Source of the DNA: a virus
Lineage: Duplodnaviria > Caudoviricetes
DNA length: 34,269 bases
IMG/VR virus record: IMGVR_UViG_3300010148_000050
Location: 1 to 34,269 of that record
Strand: one strand, 5' to 3'
The notes beneath the pieces are model-generated. The model saw only the letters and a program-made list of their open reading frames with translations. It searched no databases and was not told the origin of the DNA. Position numbers and translations under genes: made by a program. Shown here in pieces: positions 22,661-32,265 of the stretch (its first letter is position 1; every line of letters begins with the position of its first letter).

Positions 22661-23493
22661 TACTTCTGTTTCACTTTTTTGGCCTTCTTAGGCATTTTGG
22701 TATCATCGGTAGCAATGTCCTTGACACTACTAGTTGTTCCCTGTAGTCTCGCTTTTAGCGATAATACAATATCCTGATTTTTTGGATCCTTTAAATAGAT
22801 AATTGCAGATTGTAAATCATGTCCTATAGGATCATCACCGAACATATAATGTCCACCTCTAATTCTAAGAGCATTATTATTAACTAAATTCTCTATCAAA
22901 ACCCTAGTCTTAAAGTCTGGAAGAGCCATAGTTTCATTAAATTTTTCAGACTCTTGTTCAACGATGTCTGCTAATGTATTTTCAATAAGTGCATCTGAAG
23001 CATTATCTGCTCTTTTACCCATTATTTTTAATACATTTTTCATCTCGCTAATAGTCATCGAATTAAATTGCTTATATGCTTTTCTTTTCTCTTTAACTTT
23101 TAAATTATCTTTTTTGGCGTCTTCCTCAGCATCATATAATACATATATTGCTTTGGGCCAATCTTCAGTTTCATTTACGGAGTTCGCTACTTTTTCACTT
23201 CTAGTTAAGAGTTTATAATCTAGAAAATCTCTAGGACGATCTAGTTTTAAAACTTTTTCTTTATCAGTTAATATAACAGCGTAATCTTGCCAATATTCTG
23301 AAAATTTATTTAACGTGCCAGCGGATAAATTTAACACACCTTCAAGTCTCGTTTCTTCCTCTGGTGTAAGACCGGTATCATAGCCACCTCTTCCGTAGGT
23401 AGCTATGACCGTGTCTTTACATTTAGGGAATCTATGAAATCCTGACCAAGCGTGTTTTTTATGCGCTTTCACAATTACAGTTCCTTCTGTCAT
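22660..23493 (-). CDS. Conserved crAss-like protein encoded directly after MCP
   Basis: 277 aa; TGLTPEEETRLE, SEYW, LKLDRPRDFLDY, YLKDPKNQDI motifs; synteny. Confidence 0.65.
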   Translation of the reverse strand: MTEGTVIVKAHKKHAWSGFHRFPKCKDTVIATYGRGGYDTGLTPEEETRLEGVLNLSAGTLNKFSEYWQDYAVILTDKEKVLKLDRPRDFLDYKLLTRSEKVANSVNETEDWPKAIYVLYDAEEDAKKDNLKVKEKRKAYKQFNSMTISEMKNVLKIMGKRADNASDALIENTLADIVEQESEKFNETMALPDFKTRVLIENLVNNNALRIRGGHYMFGDDPIGHDLQSAIIYLKDPKNQDIVLSLKARLQGTTSSVKDIATDDTKMPKKAKKVKQK

Positions 23494-23518
23494 GCTTTAA
23501 ACTTTAAATTATTAATTA

Positions 23519-24952
23519 TTAATTAGCAGCCGCATTAGTACAGATTAACTCACCACATGCCATTGGGTTTTTGATCATGATACCACATTCAGTTAACATG
23601 TGTACTGAATAACCATCAAGGTTATCAGAACGCATAGTGTTTACTGATTTTGCTGTGTTACCAAATGGATCAACGGAACCCGCTGTATGCCACATCATGT
23701 CCTTAGAACCTTTTTTATGTACAGCTTGGATGTTTGATTCTCCACCTGCCATTCCAAAGTCAAGGAATGTAAATCTGTAAGACTCAAGAGGTCTACCTGT
23801 TTCTGCATGTAATTTTCTGTTGATGATAGTATTATCATATAAAGGTAAATGCTTAAGAGTAATCTTTGTACCATTTAATCCCATATATGTTTTAAACTGA
23901 CCACCTAATGCTAGGTTTTGTCCACTACCAGTAACAAATTTAGAATCTACTAAAGTCCAATTAGACGCAGCTGTTTTCATAGCTTTGTCAAACTCAGCAA
24001 ATCCATATTCACCAGTAAATGCAACAAACTCTCTAGATGATTCAGGCATTACATTGTAAGATAGATCAATTAAGAAATCACGGATGATATTCTCAGATAA
24101 TTCAGTGTAGTTTCTAATATTAGCTGGAGCTATTTGCTCTCTAATACCAGCACCTTCATATACTGGAAGACCATTGTTACCTAACATATCAGTAACGCCA
24201 TTAGCGTCAGATGAGAATGTTGAGTACCAATAAGATCTTTCTATTTCTCTGTACCACTGTGCCATTGCTTCCCACTCAGCATATCGAGTCCATACTGTTG
24301 ATTTTTTCCCTGGGTTATTAGGGTCAGCCAACTGAATAACAAGTGCATCTGTAGCAGCGCTTCTTGTTACTGTGTATGATTTTCTCAACGTACTTAAATG
24401 ATTTCTCATTTTAAAAGGCGCACTAAAAGTAGTGTTACCTCCCGTAGAAAATTCTGGTACTGTAGTATATTCTTTCGACATTTCTTTTCCAGCTTCAAGT
24501 AATGCTGATGGTATAGCTGCTGTTGCAGTACCCACTTGACGCATAGTATATATCCATGCATTCCCATCAAAATATGGGTCTTCCATTACTCTAACTCGAT
24601 AATCTCTGTCATCAAGAACTAATACTTCTTGATTTGCGAACCATTTTTCTTTAAACTTTACTCTAAAGTTAGTTCTATTTGCTCCATACTCGCCGAAGTT
24701 TCCTGCGATCGCAACAGCTTTCTCATCATCTCCTTGTAAATGCCAATCATATTCTCTGTTACCAATCTCTGTAGAACGTCCCATACCTGATGTCAAGTAT
24801 TGGATAGGGTTAGAACCCTGCATTCCAAAGATACGAGTAACTAAAGTACTCATAACTTCTGGCTCCGTTAAATATGCGGATGATAAGTGATTTTGCTGTG
24901 TCAACCCAGAATGCCATTTCGTTCTGTATAGTTGTAATCCATTTATAGCCAT
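23519..24952 (-). CDS. Major capsid protein (crAss-like, HK97 fold)
   Basis: 477 aa; GLTQQNHL, EYDWHLQG, FKMRNHLSTLRK, GAGIREQI, TGEYGFAEF, HPLES-like RPLESYR, GIMIKNP. Confidence 0.9.
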   Translation of the reverse strand: MAINGLQLYRTKWHSGLTQQNHLSSAYLTEPEVMSTLVTRIFGMQGSNPIQYLTSGMGRSTEIGNREYDWHLQGDDEKAVAIAGNFGEYGANRTNFRVKFKEKWFANQEVLVLDDRDYRVRVMEDPYFDGNAWIYTMRQVGTATAAIPSALLEAGKEMSKEYTTVPEFSTGGNTTFSAPFKMRNHLSTLRKSYTVTRSAATDALVIQLADPNNPGKKSTVWTRYAEWEAMAQWYREIERSYWYSTFSSDANGVTDMLGNNGLPVYEGAGIREQIAPANIRNYTELSENIIRDFLIDLSYNVMPESSREFVAFTGEYGFAEFDKAMKTAASNWTLVDSKFVTGSGQNLALGGQFKTYMGLNGTKITLKHLPLYDNTIINRKLHAETGRPLESYRFTFLDFGMAGGESNIQAVHKKGSKDMMWHTAGSVDPFGNTAKSVNTMRSDNLDGYSVHMLTECGIMIKNPMACGELICTNAAAN

Positions 24953-24985
24953 TCACTTAAATTTTTATTAAATTAAACATTTTTA

Positions 24986-26167
24986 TTATAATTTCATTGC
25001 CTTTGAAAACAGACTAAAGTCCATATCATCTCCAGATACTTTTGTTCTAGATTTGCTTTTTAATTTCTTTCTAGAAATCCCAGAAGCTCTTTCTAGATTA
25101 GCTCTTAGATTTGATGCAGCCTTTGTTCTTGCTTTCTTTTCAACTTTCCCAAAATCAAAATTATTAAAATATAACCAAGCCATTTTCAGTTGCGAATCTT
25201 TGTCAGCTTCTGAATCCATAACCAACTTGGTTTTACCGGTCTTACGATCTGGTTTAGTAATATATTCATAAAAAGCCTTTTTTTGCTTTTTACTTATAGG
25301 AAAGCCAGCAATATCTTCTTTCCCATCGATATTCTCTTTTAACTCTGTTAAAAAAGTTTCTTGTTTTTCTTGTTTTATCACAGCTTGTTTTTTCTGTGTT
25401 TCCAGTAATTGTGCTCGTTCTTTCTTTTGAATACCTTGTAATTTTCTTAAAGAACGATTAGCTCTACCGGCTAAAACATTACCATTTAAAAGATCTTGAA
25501 TTTCATCAACAATCTCTTCTCTATTATAGCCCTCACGTCTCATAAGTTCGGCTACTATTTGTTTTTGTAAATCACTTTTACCTTTTAAATTATTATTGTC
25601 AATTCTTGAAAAATCAACAGTAGCATATGCTTTAGTAAAATGTTGAGGATCTCCTCCATCCTCAATAAACTCTAAAAATTGTTGAGCAACAGGATCTAAA
25701 TTTTCTTTATATTCTGATACTCCTTTTTCAATTTGTTTTTTTACAACTTTTGCTAAACCATCCTCAGAGTCTTCAAATTCTTCATCGTCAAATTCTATAA
25801 CTCCTTCTTCTTTTAAATGATTAGCAAGTACACCTATTTGAGATAGTTCTTCTTCTTCTGTGTCAGCCTCTTCTTGTTTTTCTGTTTTAGGCTCTGAAGA
25901 CACATCTTCTTCTTCCTCTTCTTCTTCTTCTATAGTTTCTCTATATTCTATTTCTAAATTGTCTACAGAAAGCTCTTCTTTTTTACTTTCTTTAGCAACA
26001 GGTGTTTCTTTTTCTTTAGTCTCATCAGTTTTATCTACTATGCCTGTATCTTCAGCCAAAGCTTCAACTTCTGCAACTTCTTGTATTTCTACATTATCAG
26101 GTGCTATTGTATCACCCTCTAATGATTTAAATCCTTCAAAAGGATTAAGTTCTTTCTTATCACTCAT
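24986..26167 (-). CDS. Acidic scaffold-like protein (conserved gene upstream of the crAss MCP)
   Basis: 393 aa; very Glu-rich N-terminal half, coiled-coil middle, basic C-terminus; directly upstream of MCP. Confidence 0.7.
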   Translation of the reverse strand: MSDKKELNPFEGFKSLEGDTIAPDNVEIQEVAEVEALAEDTGIVDKTDETKEKETPVAKESKKEELSVDNLEIEYRETIEEEEEEEEDVSSEPKTEKQEEADTEEEELSQIGVLANHLKEEGVIEFDDEEFEDSEDGLAKVVKKQIEKGVSEYKENLDPVAQQFLEFIEDGGDPQHFTKAYATVDFSRIDNNNLKGKSDLQKQIVAELMRREGYNREEIVDEIQDLLNGNVLAGRANRSLRKLQGIQKKERAQLLETQKKQAVIKQEKQETFLTELKENIDGKEDIAGFPISKKQKKAFYEYITKPDRKTGKTKLVMDSEADKDSQLKMAWLYFNNFDFGKVEKKARTKAASNLRANLERASGISRKKLKSKSRTKVSGDDMDFSLFSKAMKL

Positions 26168-26192
26168 AATTAAATATTATTTATCAATTTTA

Positions 26193-26223
26193 CAAAAATA
26201 TAATTATATTTTATATTTCCAAT
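26193..26223 (-). promoter_or_regulatory. Bacteroidota-type promoter upstream of the scaffold/MCP genes
   Basis: Minus strand: ATTG (26223-26220), 19-nt spacer, TATTTTTG (26200-26193). Confidence 0.7.
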
Positions 26224-26237
26224 AGTTATTATTATTA

Positions 26238-27452
26238 TTACTCAGTTTTTTCTTGTTTATTATAGCGGTTTATATTTATGTCTCTTGCTCTAGGATGCAC
26301 ATATGTATTATCTACTTGAGCATTTTTCATTATGTTAGGATTGGTCATTTGCTCAAAATTTTGATCATCTGGTATAAAATCTTTACCATAAGTTTTTTCA
26401 AAACTATCTCGTAAATTTTTTGTTATAGCATCTATATCAATAACATCATGTTCAGTAGTATAAAATGGAGCATAATTTATTACAGGTGCATTCTTAGTTT
26501 TATCTCCCCCATAACCATCTTTCCAAGACCATTTTGTTTCTATACCTTTTTCATCATCGTATTCAGAAAAATCATTTATATCCTTAAGAAATAATCTACG
26601 CTTATGATTAGTCATATCTCTATTATAATAAGCTCCCCATAATTCAGCACGTGTTACATTATCTGCAAGTTCATCTCCTTCAAAATAGGATGAAAGTTTT
26701 AAATTAGGATCTTTTGTTTTTTCATAGTTACCCATCAATTCCATTAACATTATTATACCTTGAGACTGATCACTAAGCTGTCTTACATCAAAAGGTGAGT
26801 GATCTCCTGTCCATCCTTTCATATTTCCTTCATCATCAAGTTTTACATTTACCATACTTAAATATAATTTTTCTAATTCTGGAAATTCAGTATGCGTTAT
26901 TGTATCTCCTCTTTCGTTTTTAAACTGTGGATTTTTATTTTTTATATGTGAATCATAATATTTTTCATATCTAAAATGATAGTTTCCAGCACCATCTGTA
27001 TCTGATCCAAACAATTTTTTAATAGCTGTTTTAGCTGAATTAGGTTCTGTAGATCCCAAACCTCTTCCAGGTCCTTTTCTTTGTGCCATATCGGAATCAA
27101 ACCTTTGATGAGGTCCGCTTTCATGATATGATATTTCATTTAATATTTGTTTCCACCCTTCTATAGTACCCCCATATTCAGGCATAACATATTTAACTAT
27201 AAATCTATTTAACTCATATTGAGGTTTTCTATCTGCTGGATTTGATTCTGAATAGGGGTTATCTTTAACCTCATCTTTAGATAATCCAAATTCTGCTCTA
27301 GGTAATTTTTTAAACCTTCTATTAAGATTCCACGAATCTCTTATCTTACCAGCCGTATGTCCCATATATGGAATACCCCCATGCTCTAATTTCTTAGTGC
27401 TCTTAGCTTCTTCCTTCTTAAAATTTTTATTAAAAGATCTATCTAATCTCAT
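26238..27452 (-). CDS. Hypothetical protein with lysozyme/transglycosylase-like motifs
   Basis: 404 aa; helix ending ISYHESG followed by QRKGPGRGLGSTEP, and later LWGAYYN, resembling lysozyme-superfamily ES...GxGRGLxQxEP motifs. Confidence 0.5.
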   Translation of the reverse strand: MRLDRSFNKNFKKEEAKSTKKLEHGGIPYMGHTAGKIRDSWNLNRRFKKLPRAEFGLSKDEVKDNPYSESNPADRKPQYELNRFIVKYVMPEYGGTIEGWKQILNEISYHESGPHQRFDSDMAQRKGPGRGLGSTEPNSAKTAIKKLFGSDTDGAGNYHFRYEKYYDSHIKNKNPQFKNERGDTITHTEFPELEKLYLSMVNVKLDDEGNMKGWTGDHSPFDVRQLSDQSQGIIMLMELMGNYEKTKDPNLKLSSYFEGDELADNVTRAELWGAYYNRDMTNHKRRLFLKDINDFSEYDDEKGIETKWSWKDGYGGDKTKNAPVINYAPFYTTEHDVIDIDAITKNLRDSFEKTYGKDFIPDDQNFEQMTNPNIMKNAQVDNTYVHPRARDININRYNKQEKTE

Positions 27453-29965
27453 TATTTACTTGAAGTTGTAGGTTTATTATTAGCTGCTGTACGTTTTATT
27501 TTTTCATTTTCCATATTAGATCTTTTCTTTTCCTCAAACTCTTGCTGTTTTAATCCTAAGTCTTGTTGATTTTTTTGCATCTGCATATCTAATTTAGCTT
27601 GCTCTTTTTGTCTATCAAATTCTAACTTAACTTCATTATTTTTATTATCTAAATAACCATCGTTGTTATCATCTTTATCTGCTAACCTAGCTTCTGCATT
27701 AATTTCAGCAACTTTTATTTTAGTATCCGCTTCTAACTGAGCTCTTGCATCCTCTCTTTGTTGCTTCATTTCTTCTTGTTGCTGCTGCATCTGTGCTATC
27801 TGTTGTTGAGATTGTTGTTCAGCTTGTTGAGCTTCTTGAGTTCTTTGATCTACATTAGCTTGAGCTTCTTTTAATTTTCTTTGTATAGAAGTAATAGATT
27901 CATCCTGCATAATGTCTGCAATATCTGAAAATGTAGTAACCCCTGATTGTAATGCTGATTGAGCAAGATTTCTAAGTTGATCTATTGTTCTATCATCTTT
28001 AGAAGAGTTAGAAACAAATACACCATAATTAGTACTTGAAAAATCATCTCCTTCAATATTCATAAATACTTTACTCATGTCATCCATAATATATTGTATC
28101 TTCTTACCATTACGCCATGCCATTTTAGTTACATCAATAAGAGCTTGTAGAACTTTTCTTTTTACCTCACTATGATTATAAAACCAATATTCAGTAATAT
28201 GTGAAGATTGTGTTACCGCTCTTTCAGTATTACCTACAAGTTCTGAAGTTTGTACTTGTCCTTGACGTTGTCTAGAAACTCCAGAGAGTTCGCCCACTTC
28301 TGTTTTAATCTGATCTAATAGCTGAACATGAGTATTTATGTAATTACCCATAGAAAGATCAATGGATTGGAATTGATTAAAAGGGGCAGCTTGCTGGGAT
28401 CTATTACCTTCCTCTCTGGAGTTAATAAACATAACACCCACTGAATCTAAATAGTACATCCATTTAGAAACATCCCATCCTTCTGAAGATGGTATCTGAG
28501 CTATATCCATTAACGCTACTTTACCTTTAGATTTTGCTAAAGCTAATTCAGTTCTGTAATAAACAATATTATATAAATATTGATATGGTTTCATTCTATC
28601 AATTAAAGAAATAGATTCTGAATTTCTTTCATTGTAAATATATCCCACATAACCTGACTTAACTATACTATTGTTATCCATGTCTCGTCTTTGGTTTTCT
28701 TTAGGTCTAATATTAACATATATATTTTCTGCTATTTTAGTACCTTCCCAATACTCACTTATCCATTCCCATTTTAAAGATACACCATCAAATATCCACT
28801 CACCGGTTTCTTTATCTTTTTCAGCATAATCTGGAACTTCAAATATTTCATCTACAATATCTTGTTGTTCAAATCCATTTTCATCCATCATTTTCATAAA
28901 ACCAACTTTTCTCATTGATTTCCATTCACATTGAATAACTCGAATCATACCATCTCTTCTATATTGTCTTATATGATTAGGATCAAACGTACCACCTGCA
29001 TCATAATTAATTATACTAAATTCTGAATAAGGATAATTAACTTGACCATTATCCATATCTCCAGCTCTCCCAGTTCCTCTTTCTAATGTATCTATATCTT
29101 TTGGTAATAATACATCATGGAATTCATCTATAACTGTAGATAATGTTAACCATCTTTCTTCTACTATAGATTGAGCATCATCGATCCACGGAGAATCAGG
29201 ATCAAGAATTATACGAATATCTAATGGATTACAAACTCTAACTACAGGTTCCCCTGCAATTTCTCCTACCCAATATATTTCTTCTCCTGCTATCAAAGCA
29301 TCTTTAAAACCTTGATTAAATTTATTGATTAAATTTTCTTCTCTTGTTAAATATTCTAATATATTCTGTCCTTGCTTTTCTCTTACATCCTGATACTCAT
29401 AGCTAATATATTTTTCAATTTGTGCAGGAGTTTGAGGTTGTTGCATTTGCTGCTCTTCTGGAGAAGGTTGTTGACCTGAAGCTTGTTGCATAGCACCTTC
29501 TTGTGCTTGTTGTTCTTGTTGCATTCTTACTTCTGGCGGAACTACTACTGAGTATAAAAACTCCATTAATAATTTTTTACGAGTTTCTTCTATCTGAGAA
29601 ATAGAAGCAGGATCATGAGATACTACTCTAAAATTAAATGGTCTTTTAATTTCTTCTCCCATTAATAATTGTAACTTAGGAGATATTATATCATAATGTT
29701 GTAAGGATGCTGGGAACTCATCAGCAGAATGTCCATAAGGACTTACTACATATTCAAAATCTTTTTGGTCTAGTACACCATTATATAAATCATAATTAAT
29801 TTGTTTTCTGTATCTAGACGATCTTCCATTATAACTTGCGTCACTATATGTAACTTTTTCTAGCTCATCTATACAAGATTTTCCCCACTTTTTACCTTTC
29901 CTTTTTCTAGGTAATTTTTGTTGAGGTAAATCCTCTAAAACGTAATCAGTATTTATTCCTTCCAT
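27452..29965 (-). CDS. Portal protein (crAss-like)
   Basis: 837 aa; LPQQKLP, NYDLYNG, YDIISPKLQLLMGEE.KRP, WEWISEYWEGTKI, SLIDRMKPYQYLYN, SGVSRQRQG; Gln-rich coiled-coil tail. Confidence 0.9.
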   Translation of the reverse strand: MEGINTDYVLEDLPQQKLPRKRKGKKWGKSCIDELEKVTYSDASYNGRSSRYRKQINYDLYNGVLDQKDFEYVVSPYGHSADEFPASLQHYDIISPKLQLLMGEEIKRPFNFRVVSHDPASISQIEETRKKLLMEFLYSVVVPPEVRMQQEQQAQEGAMQQASGQQPSPEEQQMQQPQTPAQIEKYISYEYQDVREKQGQNILEYLTREENLINKFNQGFKDALIAGEEIYWVGEIAGEPVVRVCNPLDIRIILDPDSPWIDDAQSIVEERWLTLSTVIDEFHDVLLPKDIDTLERGTGRAGDMDNGQVNYPYSEFSIINYDAGGTFDPNHIRQYRRDGMIRVIQCEWKSMRKVGFMKMMDENGFEQQDIVDEIFEVPDYAEKDKETGEWIFDGVSLKWEWISEYWEGTKIAENIYVNIRPKENQRRDMDNNSIVKSGYVGYIYNERNSESISLIDRMKPYQYLYNIVYYRTELALAKSKGKVALMDIAQIPSSEGWDVSKWMYYLDSVGVMFINSREEGNRSQQAAPFNQFQSIDLSMGNYINTHVQLLDQIKTEVGELSGVSRQRQGQVQTSELVGNTERAVTQSSHITEYWFYNHSEVKRKVLQALIDVTKMAWRNGKKIQYIMDDMSKVFMNIEGDDFSSTNYGVFVSNSSKDDRTIDQLRNLAQSALQSGVTTFSDIADIMQDESITSIQRKLKEAQANVDQRTQEAQQAEQQSQQQIAQMQQQQEEMKQQREDARAQLEADTKIKVAEINAEARLADKDDNNDGYLDNKNNEVKLEFDRQKEQAKLDMQMQKNQQDLGLKQQEFEEKKRSNMENEKIKRTAANNKPTTSSK

Positions 29966-29985
29966 TATAGTATATTTCTAACTTA

Positions 29986-30016
29986 CAAAAATATTAATTT
30001 TTATCTAATTTCCAAA
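29986..30016 (-). promoter_or_regulatory. Bacteroidota-type promoter upstream of portal
   Basis: Minus strand: TTTG (30016-30013), 19-nt spacer, TATTTTTG (29993-29986). Confidence 0.75.
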
Positions 30017-30019
30017 TGA

Positions 30020-32035
30020 TTAGAAAGATTTTTTTCTTTTCTTAAATAAAGAAGAACTCCAAAACTTATCTCCCATATTAAAATCATACTTACCTTCTAA
30101 ATCAACATTATAATTTTCATGACTATGAAGTATACATAACATGAATGATATAGCCCTATCAAAGTTACCTTCTTTATGATCATACGCTATTAATTCTTGT
30201 ATTAATGGAATAGAATAAATTGTATGAAGATTAAGTTGATCTCCTCCTTGACCATCTGCTCTTTTTTCTAATAACCAATCCCTTAAATATAATTCACATT
30301 GCACTTTAATAGGTTCACTCATGTGAACACCATATCCTCTACTTACTGTAGTTCTATTAACTATATCTTTTAAAATATTTGGTTGCTCTTTTAATAAATG
30401 TAAAGACTTCTTTTGCTCAAAATAAATCTTTAATCCTTTTAAATTATTTTCATATAACGTTTGAGCGTTGTAATAAGTAAGTAATTTTCTTACTGTTTCA
30501 TAATATTCTTTAGCTGTATCAGGTCTACCTGTATATTCTGCTACTGGAATATTATAAGTATTATCAAACTTTTGAAAAGTTTTATATATAAAAGTACTAC
30601 CTAATGAACTAGTAGTAGAATCATCTTGATCATAGGGGTCAGTACCCGCTATATATAATCCATAAGGAATATGACCAGACTCATCTCTATAGGGGTGTTC
30701 CCATATTACAACACACCCTGTTCTATCATCTGTATTTTTAATAGGAAATTTATTTATAGGATTTAAATTATCATTAGGCATCCATTTTACCTGATCTTTA
30801 TCCCACCATAAATCTCCAATCATAGCCATATCCTTAGCAAGCTTAGTTACTTCAAGTTCTCCTAACCAAGCATTTAATTCTATAGTTGGAAATATATTAC
30901 CAGTACTTTTTAAGAATGCTTCTCTTGGAGTTTTAGGAGATTGTGTAATATATTTTTCCCATGTAGTTCTAGAATCTGTAGTTTTTACAATCTTTCTTTC
31001 TTGATCTAAAAACTCTTCTGCAGCATCTCTCATAGAATTTCCTTGATCATCAACCATACTAACAACATCGCCATTTGACAATGTTACTTTACCTGGTTTA
31101 TACCACATGTCATCTATAAAAAAACCACAATTAGTTCCAGCCCCACCTTCGTCCCATATATTCTCAAAAGGTCTTAACCAATATTTATCTGGATTATAAA
31201 ACATTTCAGCAAAATCATTTGATCCTCCATCCATATCACCACCTGTTCCAAATATTAATGGCATACCAATCATTACATTACCATCTCTAAATACAGGTGC
31301 TGTAATCATATATGCATTTATAAGATTAGGAAACTTACCAGCCTCTTCCCATAACATGAGATCAGCTGTTTTACCAATAGCTGCAGAGAAATTATCTTTA
31401 AATGTTAAAGTAAATATCTCACTATTATAACCATTCCATACTTCTTTACCATCTTTTACTTCCTTGAACCTAGCTTTAACAAAATCTCTACGATCTGGAT
31501 TTCTACGTTTAGCCCATGCTGTATGTTTATTAATAAAATTAATCATTTCTAATGCCATAGCCATAGTAGCATTACCATATTCATTTAAATATGCACCAAT
31601 AATACTTGTAGAATCTCTAAAAAAATTATACTGATGAACACATAAGGCACCATTTTTGTATGAAAAACCTTTACGTCTAGCTTTAGCTACAATCATACCT
31701 TGACCATTATTACGTGCTAATTCACATTCATCGAAGTAATAATAATCCATATCAAGAAAGCTAGGAAATGTTAGTATTTTTCTTTCTAACTTTCCCTGTT
31801 TTACTGTAGCCTTAATCTGAGTAAAGTTTAAATAAAAATAGTGAGGTCCTGTGATACGGACCCCACCTACTTCAAAACCTTCTAAACATCTTCTAGTCTG
31901 TTCATCCCAATATTCTTTGTAGGCATAAGTGCCAGGGGGAGAATTAGTGTAGTAGCCATTCCTTAGAAAGCTTCTTGCTTCACAAGAAAACTCTCTAGTA
32001 TTGACAAAAGAAGGTTGTAATCTAAAATGATTCAT
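30020..32035 (-). CDS. terL: Terminase large subunit
   Basis: 671 aa; Walker A KARRKGFS, Walker B LMLWEEAG, FGTGG coupling motif, RNase H-like AGTDPYD and NFDRAIS; ITGPHYFYLN N-terminus typical of crAss TerL. Confidence 0.95.
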   Translation of the reverse strand: MNHFRLQPSFVNTREFSCEARSFLRNGYYTNSPPGTYAYKEYWDEQTRRCLEGFEVGGVRITGPHYFYLNFTQIKATVKQGKLERKILTFPSFLDMDYYYFDECELARNNGQGMIVAKARRKGFSYKNGALCVHQYNFFRDSTSIIGAYLNEYGNATMAMALEMINFINKHTAWAKRRNPDRRDFVKARFKEVKDGKEVWNGYNSEIFTLTFKDNFSAAIGKTADLMLWEEAGKFPNLINAYMITAPVFRDGNVMIGMPLIFGTGGDMDGGSNDFAEMFYNPDKYWLRPFENIWDEGGAGTNCGFFIDDMWYKPGKVTLSNGDVVSMVDDQGNSMRDAAEEFLDQERKIVKTTDSRTTWEKYITQSPKTPREAFLKSTGNIFPTIELNAWLGELEVTKLAKDMAMIGDLWWDKDQVKWMPNDNLNPINKFPIKNTDDRTGCVVIWEHPYRDESGHIPYGLYIAGTDPYDQDDSTTSSLGSTFIYKTFQKFDNTYNIPVAEYTGRPDTAKEYYETVRKLLTYYNAQTLYENNLKGLKIYFEQKKSLHLLKEQPNILKDIVNRTTVSRGYGVHMSEPIKVQCELYLRDWLLEKRADGQGGDQLNLHTIYSIPLIQELIAYDHKEGNFDRAISFMLCILHSHENYNVDLEGKYDFNMGDKFWSSSLFKKRKKSF

Positions 32036-32250
32036 TATTTTTTGGCAAATTTTTCAACACCGCTTATACCAAAGCAGCCTAATACAACCCATACAAATGA
32101 GTCATATACAAATTCATTAATTACTAAATCATAACCAGCCCATCCTGTTATTAGATCTAGCATCATAACTAAACACATTATTACAAAAGCAACAAAACCT
32201 ATTATCGCTTTTTCATTCCAATCATTGGAATCTTTAAATATTTTCATCAT
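32035..32250 (-). CDS. Small two-TM membrane protein (holin-like)
   Basis: 71 aa; AIIGFVAFVIMCLVMMLDLI and FVWVVLGCFGISGV, ending EKFAKK. Confidence 0.55.
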   Translation of the reverse strand: MMKIFKDSNDWNEKAIIGFVAFVIMCLVMMLDLITGWAGYDLVINEFVYDSFVWVVLGCFGISGVEKFAKK

Positions 32251-32265
32251 ATACTAATTTTTAAA

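Noticed and set aside
25840-25935. (tct)n low-complexity runs
   Set aside because: They simply encode poly-Glu in the acidic scaffold-like protein.
76-26225. All plus-strand ORFs in the track (76, 2896, 4204, 4624, 5490, 6506, 10071, 10485, 10645, 22187, 22266, 22964, 25053, 25860)
   Set aside because: Short antisense shadows of well-supported minus-strand genes. Their Ser/Phe/Leu-rich composition mirrors Glu/Lys codons on the other strand, and they carry no motifs.
10398-27139. Nested minus-strand ORFs 10398..10601 and 26942..27139
   Set aside because: Out-of-frame ORFs inside longer genes, with no recognisable features.
30020-32035. Intein or intron in terL (also portal and MCP)
   Set aside because: ORFs are continuous, of ordinary size, and show no splice-junction or LAGLIDADG motifs.
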